Of a DNA stretch of 64,000 bases, positions 35,729 through 45,417 are shown in pieces. Origin of the DNA: a virus; IMG/VR virus record IMGVR_UViG_3300042402_001868, positions 91,923 through 155,922 of that record, one strand, 5' to 3'. The first letter of the stretch is position 1. Each line of letters begins with the position of its first letter. Position numbers and translations under genes: made by a program. The notes below the pieces were generated by a model that saw nothing but the letters and a program-made list of their open reading frames with translations, was not told where the DNA came from and did no database searches.

Positions 35729-36671
35729 TGTACCAGTTCCATGCGTGTTGGATTGTATCAGTAAGAGTGTACCTTTTCCACTCTCCAGCTACTTCGGTAA
35801 ATTTACCTGGTTCGGCGGTCAGCACTGGAGGATCACCCGCACGAGCAGGACCAGTTACGACGTTGACAGTTTTACTGGTAACAGCTTCTGCGGCTGTGAT
35901 AATCTCTCGGTTGCTAACACCAGTGTTGCTGCCAAGATTGTAAACACCTGATGGAATTTTGTTATCAAGTGCCAGCACATGCGCACAAGCAATATCTTCC
36001 ACGTGGACGTAATCTCGAATGCACGTGCCATCTCTAGTTGGATAGTCTATACCATTGAGTGTAAACTCTTGATCATTCTTGATACTTTCGAGTACTCTGG
36101 CAATAATGTGTGTGGCACCCGGCGCTTGACCGTGTCTACGACTACTATCGGCACCACAGGCATTGAAATACCGGAATGCAACATAATTTAGATCATATGC
36201 TCGGCGATAACTGGCCATTGCTTGCTCAATCATTAGCTTGCTTTCGCCATATGGACTAATAGGATCGCATGGGTCTACTTCATGGCACGGGGTCATAAAC
36301 GGAACACCATACACAGCCGCACTTGAACTGAATATGAATCTGGTACTGGATAATTTATTGACCACTAGATCTAACAACTTCAATGTTTTGACCACATTGT
36401 TGTTGTAGTATTCTTGCGGATTGTCAATGCTTGGGCCAACCAAACTGGTTCCAGCACAATGTATGATAGCATCTGGCCGATGTTCTAGAATAGTTTGCAA
36501 TGCAGTATCGCTGGCAAAGTCAGTTTGATGAAATCTAGTAAACTGTGTTACCAAGTGTGCCGGCGCAGGCACGAGGTCAATGCCAATAACTTGGTAACCT
36601 GCATCACGCAAGGCTATACTAATTTGACCGCCTATGTAACCGGCAGCACCTGTAACAATAATTTTACTCAT
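35721..36671 (-). CDS. galE: UDP-glucose 4-epimerase
   Basis: TGAAGYIG, FSSSAAVYG, PYGESK, RYFNACGA, DGTCIRDYVHV. Confidence 0.9.
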   Translation of the reverse strand: MSKIIVTGAAGYIGGQISIALRDAGYQVIGIDLVPAPAHLVTQFTRFHQTDFASDTALQTILEHRPDAIIHCAGTSLVGPSIDNPQEYYNNNVVKTLKLLDLVVNKLSSTRFIFSSSAAVYGVPFMTPCHEVDPCDPISPYGESKLMIEQAMASYRRAYDLNYVAFRYFNACGADSSRRHGQAPGATHIIARVLESIKNDQEFTLNGIDYPTRDGTCIRDYVHVEDIACAHVLALDNKIPSGVYNLGSNTGVSNREIITAAEAVTSKTVNVVTGPARAGDPPVLTAEPGKFTEVAGEWKRYTLTDTIQHAWNWYNV

Positions 36672-37870
36672 TCTTCAATCTTTATAACTTGATACTTTTC
36701 GTGAGCAGTATGATCACGATAACGATTACCTGCACGGTTCCATTGCTCTCCTTGTCCTTGCATGATATCAATCACACGGTCAATGGTACCATTATTCCAG
36801 TCGCTAATCAAACCCATGTTGTGATGCGGATCACGTAACAAGTTTTGCATCTTGTGATAAGCGTCATCTATGCTCCAGGGTACATATAAGCGGTTGGGAT
36901 CGTTGGCAAAGGTTTCTGGAAAACTGCGATAAGCAGGATATAACACATTACAACCAAGAGTGTCCGCTTCTGAAACTGTGTTTGAGACCCAGTCCTGCAA
37001 AGCACAATTAAACAGCACACGAGTATTGTTAAGATGATCATAGTATTCATTCTTGCCTATGTTGTCGTAGATTTTGAGTTTGCCTTCTGCCTCCATCTGC
37101 CGAGCACGTTCAACATACTCTGAGTTGTTGCTTCGTAAAGGTCCACCACTGTATATTGCAAATTCACAAGGTTCAGTAGTAAGTTCGCCATACATCTCAA
37201 TCAAGTCCATAAAGAAACCAGGCTGTTTCTCTTGGTCAAATCTTGCGGCAAATCCCACACGACGCGGACGCTGATTAAAAGGCCGGATATTCTCTGCACC
37301 ACTAATACGTTCTAGTACTTCTGACTTGCCAAATGCTAGACCACTAATATTGTATATAGGAGCACGCCATCCAGCAATACGCATATGAGCAACCATCTCT
37401 TCGTTTGTGGCGAGAACTCCGTCCACGAACTCATTAACCATTTGTTCGTATAGTCCCATCCATTTTGCCATACCCCATACATGTACGAAGTCATCAGGAT
37501 CAATGGACTGAGCAAGACAGCGCACATACACACGAGGACGTTGATCAGTAGGAACCTGATTAAGGATGTAAGGTAAACTCTCGATGCCAGGTTGAAACAT
37601 GTCTTCAAAGTAGATAACATCCGCACTTGTAACCTCTCCGTTCTTCATCAGTTGAACCAAGTTCATCATCTGGCTCATGCTGAAATAACTGCGTCCATGT
37701 GCATCCAGCACTTGACCTACCGAAATAGCTTGGCTGTTGTCAATAGTGGTTCCAGGAACATACACAACGTCAAGACCTCTGCGGTCAAACACACGTCGGT
37801 TCCACTCTGTTAGTTGTAGTGTGTAGCGGGCTTCGTAACTTTCCAAGCCCATGTAGTATAGTTTTCTCAT
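36668..37870 (-). CDS. GT-B fold glycosyltransferase
   Basis: ARFDQEKQP, EADTLGC..LYPAYRSFPE; next to galE. Confidence 0.65.
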   Translation of the reverse strand: MRKLYYMGLESYEARYTLQLTEWNRRVFDRRGLDVVYVPGTTIDNSQAISVGQVLDAHGRSYFSMSQMMNLVQLMKNGEVTSADVIYFEDMFQPGIESLPYILNQVPTDQRPRVYVRCLAQSIDPDDFVHVWGMAKWMGLYEQMVNEFVDGVLATNEEMVAHMRIAGWRAPIYNISGLAFGKSEVLERISGAENIRPFNQRPRRVGFAARFDQEKQPGFFMDLIEMYGELTTEPCEFAIYSGGPLRSNNSEYVERARQMEAEGKLKIYDNIGKNEYYDHLNNTRVLFNCALQDWVSNTVSEADTLGCNVLYPAYRSFPETFANDPNRLYVPWSIDDAYHKMQNLLRDPHHNMGLISDWNNGTIDRVIDIMQGQGEQWNRAGNRYRDHTAHEKYQVIKIEE

Positions 37871-38748
37871 TTTTTTACCTTCTCTAGTAGTGTATTAAAC
37901 ATTATAGCATCAGTTGGAAATTTGTCAAGCCCATCACACCGAATCTCATAACCTTTTGCTCGGAGTCTTTGCTGAACAATAGCTTCTGCTATGATATTAA
38001 TCGGTTGCCACTCTAGTGGTTGATTGATAATAGAACATTCCACAATACGATCTAACAACATAAACTCATCAACAATGTATTGTTGTGCCTTTTGCCAGCC
38101 TAACAAAAAATCATCAAGCCTAGATTTTTGGGTTAGTTTGCAGTGATCAAAAATCTTATTAGACGTAGCTACAGTATCAAATAAAAAATCTGTATTTTTT
38201 ACTGTTAAAAATCTACCATCAACACACTTAAGGGAGTCAATCCACTCCTGGCACCACGGAACATAGAATAAACTGATCCATTCACGTAGCTGCCATGTGT
38301 GCATTTGCGACCAATGGGTATAATTGGGATTCCAAGCTGTGATGTTATGTTCGTTGCCGTTACAAAAAATGTCTAGTCCAAGTCCCAAGCCAGACGAAAT
38401 TTTATGATATTGAAATAACATATTCAACTCGGCTGCCTTAACATCTGTTGCATGAATAAGAATGCAAGGATTGTCGACAATGTTGTACTTGTTAAAGTAT
38501 TCTAGTATCTCAGGTAAGTGTTGTTGTTTAAAAGGGTATATTGGCGTAGTTACTTCAACAACTCTATTAGATTCAAAAAAATCACTGATACGTTCAATGT
38601 CTGTAAAATGTGCATATTTACTAAATGAGTGCATAGACCCATCAGCAAGAATTTTACCATCAACTGGGGTTAGTTCATTGCTATATGATCTTACAATGTA
38701 CTCAATTGTAGATCCAAACATTCCAGGCACAAAGAACACATGGATCAT
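37867..38748 (-). CDS. hypothetical protein
   Basis: Start reassigned to MIHVFFVPGMFGST. Confidence 0.6.
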   Translation of the reverse strand: MIHVFFVPGMFGSTIEYIVRSYSNELTPVDGKILADGSMHSFSKYAHFTDIERISDFFESNRVVEVTTPIYPFKQQHLPEILEYFNKYNIVDNPCILIHATDVKAAELNMLFQYHKISSGLGLGLDIFCNGNEHNITAWNPNYTHWSQMHTWQLREWISLFYVPWCQEWIDSLKCVDGRFLTVKNTDFLFDTVATSNKIFDHCKLTQKSRLDDFLLGWQKAQQYIVDEFMLLDRIVECSIINQPLEWQPINIIAEAIVQQRLRAKGYEIRCDGLDKFPTDAIMFNTLLEKVKK

Positions 38749-38972
38749 GCCGGGCGATATCCCGCAAAACGTCGAGCATCTTCCCACCACATGTTCTTGG
38801 CGTTCTTGCCCTGAGCCCACTTGTTGAACTGCTGGAATGCATAACTCTTGAAGTTATACAAGTCCGCCTCATTGTAGCGGTAGCCAAAGTCCTGGCAGAA
38901 CTCCAGGTACTTTTCGAGATCCTCGTAGATCTCAGTCACACGTGGGTTGGATTTGATTGTAGGCTTGGCCAT
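38745..38972 (-). CDS. hypothetical phage protein
   Basis: DLEKYLEFCQDFGY; AAGGA RBS. Confidence 0.65.
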   Translation of the reverse strand: MAKPTIKSNPRVTEIYEDLEKYLEFCQDFGYRYNEADLYNFKSYAFQQFNKWAQGKNAKNMWWEDARRFAGYRPA

Positions 38973-38982
38973 ACTTTTCCTT

Positions 38983-39426
38983 TTAATTTACAATTGATAA
39001 ACTTGGGCGAGAAATTTCATATTTGATCAAAGCACCGTTCTCGCCATCCTCGGCCACTTCAATCCAGACCGCACGGTCAGGATACCTTTGAGCAATCTGC
39101 AAGTACAGATCGTCTGAGATCATTTCACAACTTTTAAAGTTGAGTTCCAGTGTTCCGCCAGCATACAGTTTCTCCAACCAGCGTTTGAACTGAATAAATT
39201 CAATATCGCGATCGTTGTGAAACACATCAATCCATACACGGAAGTGAAAGATGTGTCTATGAGGTACGCCAAGAAAACTCACGTCATACTCATCGCCTGT
39301 GGCTAATGCAGGATCAGTTGCGGCAGCAGGATACTTGTGGATGCCTTCTTTGCGGAAGGTAACCCAGATTTTTCTATCTGCATGTTGTTTAATTCTGTCA
39401 ATTTTATCTCGTTGCTCTTGATTCAT
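38983..39426 (-). CDS. QueD-paralogous T-fold protein, DpdL-like
   Basis: EGIH, LGVPHRHIF (LxxxHRHxF), SCEMI, VAEDGENG. Confidence 0.65.
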   Translation of the reverse strand: MNQEQRDKIDRIKQHADRKIWVTFRKEGIHKYPAAATDPALATGDEYDVSFLGVPHRHIFHFRVWIDVFHNDRDIEFIQFKRWLEKLYAGGTLELNFKSCEMISDDLYLQIAQRYPDRAVWIEVAEDGENGALIKYEISRPSLSIVN

Positions 39427-39429
39427 ACA

Positions 39430-40560
39430 TCATCCTTGTTTAGTGTATATTAACGGAAACACCCGGCGGCTGTCAAGTTTTCTTCTGGTATCTAGGACAT
39501 TTAGGTTCTTCAAAGTACTCTCATCAAGTTCTCTGAAGTATTCGGTGTCACCAAGATTGGTAATGTAATCCCAAATATTTTGCCATCCCAGCATGTGTTT
39601 GTATTTGGTTTGATCCATACGTGCTAGTGTGGCTTTTCTAAGATCGTTAGTTAGGTATTTCACATCCCATGGGCCAGGATAGGTACCATTATTATACAAT
39701 GCGATAGTGATGGTTTTGTTAGAGAACCCTTGATCCAGCAAATAGTCCACAGCGTCCCACACAGTGGCTGCATTTACATTCATACATACCATGTTAAATG
39801 CCACACGATTGGGACCTACTAGATCTTTAAGAGTCTGTAAGTTTTCAGCAAACTCAGACCACACAGCTGGGTATCGAATATACTCAAATTTATCTTCAAT
39901 AGCATCAATGCTTACTAACCAAGAGCAATGTTCCATGCTGGTTGCCAGTTCAAATATTTTATTGTTTTTAATCTGTGTTAGATTTGTATTGATAAGCACA
40001 TGGCAATCAGGATTCTTGTCTAACAAGGCCCTTAATACAATTTCGTTTTCCTTTAACATCAACGGTTCGCCGCCTGCCAAATATAATTCTTTGAGAGTAT
40101 GGATGTTATCTAACACATAGGTCATCAAGTCTGACTTGTTGTCCCGTTCAATTTTATGATATTGCTTGAGCTCATCGGCCCAGGTAGAACTCAATGTAGG
40201 TGAACAATACATGCATGCTAGATTGCATGTGTTATGCCATCTAAGGTCCATGTAACCCAGTTCAAATTGTCCAGGAGCGGTGTACAATGGGTTCGTGTCT
40301 GAATCTTTGAATATGTCAAAAAATCTTTTTTGTAAGCTGTGTGTAGTGTCATGACACCACTTGCAACCCTCAATTGTTTTTCCATCTAGCATGTCTTGCT
40401 GAATTTTTAAGTTCTTGTCAGCAAAAATAATTTTCTTGATATCAGGCACATCGTTAATATTGCCTAATTTGTTTTGGCTCACACAGCAATTTTCTACTGC
40501 CCCTGCAGGATTGATAAAAAAACTGTTCCACGGAGCCGGGCAAAAACTTTTATTTGTCAT
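39430..40560 (-). CDS. radical SAM protein with N-terminal Cys domain
   Basis: CNLACMYC, AGGEP. Confidence 0.88.
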   Translation of the reverse strand: MTNKSFCPAPWNSFFINPAGAVENCCVSQNKLGNINDVPDIKKIIFADKNLKIQQDMLDGKTIEGCKWCHDTTHSLQKRFFDIFKDSDTNPLYTAPGQFELGYMDLRWHNTCNLACMYCSPTLSSTWADELKQYHKIERDNKSDLMTYVLDNIHTLKELYLAGGEPLMLKENEIVLRALLDKNPDCHVLINTNLTQIKNNKIFELATSMEHCSWLVSIDAIEDKFEYIRYPAVWSEFAENLQTLKDLVGPNRVAFNMVCMNVNAATVWDAVDYLLDQGFSNKTITIALYNNGTYPGPWDVKYLTNDLRKATLARMDQTKYKHMLGWQNIWDYITNLGDTEYFRELDESTLKNLNVLDTRRKLDSRRVFPLIYTKQG

Positions 40561-41093
40561 TTGATTACTTCATCCTTTGTGTATTTAGACCATGCGGTAA
40601 ATTTTGATCTATTTTGCAATGTATGTATGCTATGACACCATACACCAGGATTGGTAGCATCAAAGTCTTTGTCATCAATCTTTAGGGTTGCATTATAGTT
40701 GAGTAGACGGATATAAGGAATTTTAGCCGAGACCACGGGAATAAAGTTATTGTACTCGCATAATGCACCTTCTGCCAGACCTTCCACACACGCAATATCA
40801 ATGTCTAGTGTACACATATATCCGGCATCGAGTATTGGTGTAATCATGTTTTCCCAGTCCTGCCATCTGTAGTCATTTACCAAGAGATGTGGAAAGCTCA
40901 TGTTGGCACCAAAGTACACATGAGTTAGGTGTTTGTCTGGGTCAAGATATGCTCGATGATTTGTAAGTATATCTAAAATTTTATTGGTATCTTGTAGCCC
41001 TACCACAAACAATGTCTTTTGTCCATGTGCAGGAGTGTGTTCTACTTCCTCACCAATAAACAAGTCGATGTTTTCGTGACCTTCTCTGTTCAT
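40557..41093 (-). CDS. hypothetical protein coupled to the dpdA-like gene
   Basis: EVEHTPAHG, YFGAN, KIDDKDFDATNPGVW. Confidence 0.65.
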   Translation of the reverse strand: MNREGHENIDLFIGEEVEHTPAHGQKTLFVVGLQDTNKILDILTNHRAYLDPDKHLTHVYFGANMSFPHLLVNDYRWQDWENMITPILDAGYMCTLDIDIACVEGLAEGALCEYNNFIPVVSAKIPYIRLLNYNATLKIDDKDFDATNPGVWCHSIHTLQNRSKFTAWSKYTKDEVIK

Positions 41094-42655
41094 AGCTGTT
41101 CCTGTTCAAGTTTATCCAATGCTGACATATCTAATTGTACACTGTCATTGAGTTCTATGTCAACTTCTGGTTCTTCAAACGTGAACAATGCTTTGAACTG
41201 TGTGCGAGCATTCTTGGCCTTTTTGCCTTTGAAGCCACGTGTGCCCACAATCTCCATCCAATAGGTATCATACTGTTCAATTATAGCTTCAGCAGTGTCT
41301 CGATCTGGTGCCGCAAAGATTGCTTCCACAATGTCCTCAAACTTGGCATAGTCACCACCTTGACGTTGCATCATGGCAGGACGAGATCCTGCATCAAAAC
41401 GTCTGTTGGCTTCTTGCACAGCAGTCAAGTGCATCCAAACATTATGTCCCATAAGCAAAGCATACGAGAATGAATCCCAAGATGTTTTGCCTTCTTTGCC
41501 AATTTTGTTAAGGTCACCTGGTTTGTAGATACAGATATCTTTCATCTTGAACAAGTTGCTCAACGGACTGTCTTCCCAACGTGGATAAACTCCGTCGGCT
41601 ACTACTCCATCACTCCACTTACGGATGTCTGTGGAGTATTTTTTGTCATCGGCTGAAGGAGCCATGCGATACGACCATTTGGAGTCGTGTTCGTAGACAT
41701 TTTCAAAATACACTTGCCCGTTGGCTGTGGCAAGGAACGGACTGGCGCAGTCAAACGAGATAGTGAATTGTGGGTTGACATATTTTCTTACGGCTCTCTG
41801 GATTACAGTTAATAAAACGGCCCACTCCAGTTTGGAGGTTCCCAAGAAGTGCATCCAATCATGGCGCCCTTCTTGTAGTAGATTGTCGTAGCGTAATGCC
41901 ACCAGTCGCTTGAGCACCAGGTGTACATCGCACATGTTCTGTCCGCCCATGCCCCAACCATCAAAGTGACGATCTGGATACACAGCAGGATCACAGAAGT
42001 GTTTCATTTGCTGATACCATTCTTCTGCTGACGTATGGTTATCGCCCTGTAGCACATTCAAGAAACGTGCACCACCTTGATCTTTACCTTTGCGGTGTTT
42101 GATAAAGTATTCATTGTTGAACTTGGTGGCTGCAACTGCTTCGTCTAGTGTTTTGATCTGGCAAGCATCTGACGCTTTCTTGTCATGAATAACCCAGGTG
42201 GGGATATCAAGTCCCATGCCATAGTTGCTGATGGTATCCAACCAAGTTAACACAGACTCACGCTTCTTTTGTGCTTTGGCACAGCCTGAGTTGGCTTTCC
42301 AGTCACCTTCCCACAAGCCCTTGGCAATCTGGAATCCACCAGAGTCGCCTAGCATGATTGTGTTGGGATCTCGATTACGAACCATGTCCTCGGACCAGTC
42401 CGGCTTGTTCAAGTCCAAGTTGGCATGACCACCAGAATACAGTGACCATTTGTATGGGAACAAGCCTTTAGAACTGTTGAGCCAGTTCATTTGTTCCATG
42501 TCTGTGAGCCCTTGCGGAAACCTAGCAGGATCTACATATGGTCCATTTACAGGATCACGTTGCTTGCCCACAAAAGTGGCGTAGAAGCCAGAGATAGCCG
42601 GAAGAAATACAGCATAGTCATTCTGCTTGGCAGTTAAGTTGTCTTGGTTTATCAT
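41090..42655 (-). CDS. dpdA: TGT-fold transglycosylase, DpdA-like (DNA deazaguanine insertion)
   Basis: DSGGFQI, LDIP, NVLQG, HFLG, SFDCAS; clustered with folE/queD/queE and replication genes. Confidence 0.7.
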   Translation of the reverse strand: MINQDNLTAKQNDYAVFLPAISGFYATFVGKQRDPVNGPYVDPARFPQGLTDMEQMNWLNSSKGLFPYKWSLYSGGHANLDLNKPDWSEDMVRNRDPNTIMLGDSGGFQIAKGLWEGDWKANSGCAKAQKKRESVLTWLDTISNYGMGLDIPTWVIHDKKASDACQIKTLDEAVAATKFNNEYFIKHRKGKDQGGARFLNVLQGDNHTSAEEWYQQMKHFCDPAVYPDRHFDGWGMGGQNMCDVHLVLKRLVALRYDNLLQEGRHDWMHFLGTSKLEWAVLLTVIQRAVRKYVNPQFTISFDCASPFLATANGQVYFENVYEHDSKWSYRMAPSADDKKYSTDIRKWSDGVVADGVYPRWEDSPLSNLFKMKDICIYKPGDLNKIGKEGKTSWDSFSYALLMGHNVWMHLTAVQEANRRFDAGSRPAMMQRQGGDYAKFEDIVEAIFAAPDRDTAEAIIEQYDTYWMEIVGTRGFKGKKAKNARTQFKALFTFEEPEVDIELNDSVQLDMSALDKLEQEQL

Positions 42656-42656
42656 G

Positions 42657-43712
42657 TTAGATATTATATTTTTTAAATGGCACCGGAAGTCTTACATCTA
42701 CCCAAGACATATGGGATACTTCCTCAAGTTGTGACATGGCAATATTGTGCAGTGGATGTTTTTTGTTATAAAAAACTTCGTGATTATCAAAATCATCTGA
42801 ATAGGTCTGTCGATTTTCTAAATTAGTAATGTCTCCACGAAAATTATATTTTGCACACAATTGAGCAAAATTTACTATATCATGTGCATTGCCATCACTA
42901 AGTGTAAATTTTAAAACAACATTACCACTAGCCAAGCTAGTTTTGGCAGCCCAATCTAGATTCTCTATCAGTACGTCAAACTTTCCTGGACGTCGTACAT
43001 TTTCATAGACCTCCTTGGTGCCGGCATCTACACTGATCCATAAATTGGATATGTTGTGTATTATGGTGCTGTTGGGTAATAATTTTTTCATAAGCAGACC
43101 ATTTGTAAACAAAGTAATAAATTGAGTCGGCTTAATTTTCCAATTCATTATCAGTGGTCTCATGATTAAACTGGCCAATGGATCTCCCCACGACGTTAAA
43201 ACTATTCTTATGGGATGATCAAAATTTTCTAACAACTGCATGGTGTGCATGGTAATTTTAGATTTAACATCAAACTCGGCACCCGAAGTAGTATTAATCA
43301 TGCCGCTTCTGCAACTAGGACATGCCAAATTACAACTTGAATCAATATTGATGCCTAACCAGTAAGGCTCAGGAAGATCAAAAATTTTGGTACGCAAGAT
43401 TCCGCAATTTTCTACAGCACACCAAGTAAATTTTTGATCAAACACATCTTGTTGTATCAATTTAGATGTGGGAGTTTGCCATATATCTTCGAGCTTATCA
43501 ATATCAAGTATACTTGTAACTGATATAGGTAGCCACGCAGAGCATTTACAAATAGTAACTTGACCGTTAGCACCAATTTCTGCCGCAAGCCAAGGAACTT
43601 TACACTTATTTGTAATTGGTTTTGTTCGCTGATAGCCCCGAGGAAGTGAATCCATGCTAAATTGATCTGTTATCAAATCAGGCTGAATTGGAATATGCTT
43701 TCCAGACATCAC
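42657..43712 (-). CDS. radical SAM protein
   Basis: CNLACPSC, GDP, TNG, SVDAG. Confidence 0.85.
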   Translation of the reverse strand: MMSGKHIPIQPDLITDQFSMDSLPRGYQRTKPITNKCKVPWLAAEIGANGQVTICKCSAWLPISVTSILDIDKLEDIWQTPTSKLIQQDVFDQKFTWCAVENCGILRTKIFDLPEPYWLGINIDSSCNLACPSCRSGMINTTSGAEFDVKSKITMHTMQLLENFDHPIRIVLTSWGDPLASLIMRPLIMNWKIKPTQFITLFTNGLLMKKLLPNSTIIHNISNLWISVDAGTKEVYENVRRPGKFDVLIENLDWAAKTSLASGNVVLKFTLSDGNAHDIVNFAQLCAKYNFRGDITNLENRQTYSDDFDNHEVFYNKKHPLHNIAMSQLEEVSHMSWVDVRLPVPFKKYNI

Positions 43713-44431
43713 TTGCTTTGTGCTGGTAAGAGATAATTGTAAACAGCGACACCTGAGTCCACGGTGATTTGTGCAACACCATCATCACTGATGCGAACAG
43801 TTTTGTCGCCAGTCAAGTCCATGATGCTGGCAAATTGTTTAGCAGGGTAGGCCCAGGCACGTTTCAACTGTCCTGTGATATCAGGTTGAAACACAAAGTT
43901 GCCAGCGTGTGTAGAGTGATCACCAAAGTAAAACTTCAGGTCTGTGCCATCAGTTTTGACCTGGAAGTTTGGCTCTTCTGTGTTGGCGCTCATTTGCATT
44001 TTCAAGCGCATGATACTGGCAACTGTGGGTTCAAACTCAATGTGCCAAGTCACCGGTTTCATCTTTGCAGTCTTTAACTTCTCGCTCACAACACCAGATG
44101 TCATGAATCGATAGTTGTTTTTAAAGTCGCCTGTTTTGTTCACAAAGTCAATGCCATCTGGCTCTGTGGGTGTTTTACGTGTGATAGTAAGTTTGGCATC
44201 TTCCTTGTACTCTTGCAAGCTCAAAAGTGTTTTGAGTTTGTTCAAGTTAGGCATACCAAACGTGCCAACAAAATCAGGTACTGGATTTTTGTACTCGCCC
44301 TTGACTACCACGCTCAGGTCTTCCGCCAAGCCCTCAATTTGTGTAGTGTTCTCGTCGCCCACAATCTTCACAAGGTCAATGCAACCAAGATCGTGTGTGT
44401 GTTGTACCAAGTCTAATAGACAGTCTTTCAT
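43709..44431 (-). CDS. putative sliding clamp/processivity factor
   Basis: 240 aa, beta-rich, C-terminal YNYLLPA, near the DNA polymerase; inference. Confidence 0.5.
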   Translation of the reverse strand: MKDCLLDLVQHTHDLGCIDLVKIVGDENTTQIEGLAEDLSVVVKGEYKNPVPDFVGTFGMPNLNKLKTLLSLQEYKEDAKLTITRKTPTEPDGIDFVNKTGDFKNNYRFMTSGVVSEKLKTAKMKPVTWHIEFEPTVASIMRLKMQMSANTEEPNFQVKTDGTDLKFYFGDHSTHAGNFVFQPDITGQLKRAWAYPAKQFASIMDLTGDKTVRISDDGVAQITVDSGVAVYNYLLPAQSK

Positions 44432-44481
44432 AATTTTCTCCTAAGTGTTTAAGTATACAGGGTTTATTTAGATTTAGCAAG

Positions 44482-45417
44482 CTATTTCGAAATAATTTTT
44501 GCCAAAGGTTGTGCGCTTCGCAGGCTGGTTATCTCTCCAGGCTTGCGGAATTCTAACCAGCTGATATCACCGAGTCCGGTATGATCATGACTGAGATCAA
44601 ACCCAAGAGATTCGGCATAGTTAATGACCTTGTGCTTGGGGGTGTAGCACATGAAATTAGATTCCACCAATGCCACTCCATGTCCTCGATCACAGTCATT
44701 AAATGTTAAAATTACTGCGCCGCCTGGTCGCATCTTTAGATACAGCTCTTGCAGATAGCGTTGTAGTAATTCATATGGTTTGTAATTGAAAAAGTTGTAG
44801 GCAAACACAAATCCAAACTGTCCATCTGGTAAGCATCCAAGCATGTGTTTATCTTCTTCGCTGATTACATACGGGCGTAACCTAGATTTGTAAACTTCAT
44901 TGAATCCCGACATGCTGGGTGTGATAAGATCCATGTGATGGTCAACAATGTACAATGGATCCAAGGGCACAAGATCTTCAATAAACGTTTCACGTGCTGG
45001 ACGAATAATCAAGCCTGGTACCCGCCAGTCAGTGTAATTTCTTAGCCTGCTACGCAACACTATGTTACTATCATCATCAATATGCAGTTTACGTCCAAGG
45101 ATATAATCGTTGGTTTCCCAACACATATCTTGTTCGTACATTCTGGTACTCTCAGACATGTATTCTGCGGTATGGTGCTCAATTAGCAAATCAAGCTCGT
45201 CACGTAGATTATGCATGACTGCAGTCATTTCAGCAACAGCACTCACAGCTGAACTATATTTGTCATGGATTAGATCAGCGTAATTGCCAATCTTAACTCC
45301 ACCATGATCAACCACATGCCGCATGGCATCTAGTTCACGCATGGCATTATACTTGACAGCATCTGTGTTAACGCTGTCTAGATGATTACGATAATAAACA
45401 ATGTCGCTGAGTTTCAT
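44482..45417 (-). CDS. methyltransferase-like protein
   Basis: FGFVFAYNFFNY, MRPGG; start reassigned to MKLSD. Confidence 0.5.
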   Translation of the reverse strand: MKLSDIVYYRNHLDSVNTDAVKYNAMRELDAMRHVVDHGGVKIGNYADLIHDKYSSAVSAVAEMTAVMHNLRDELDLLIEHHTAEYMSESTRMYEQDMCWETNDYILGRKLHIDDDSNIVLRSRLRNYTDWRVPGLIIRPARETFIEDLVPLDPLYIVDHHMDLITPSMSGFNEVYKSRLRPYVISEEDKHMLGCLPDGQFGFVFAYNFFNYKPYELLQRYLQELYLKMRPGGAVILTFNDCDRGHGVALVESNFMCYTPKHKVINYAESLGFDLSHDHTGLGDISWLEFRKPGEITSLRSAQPLAKIISK

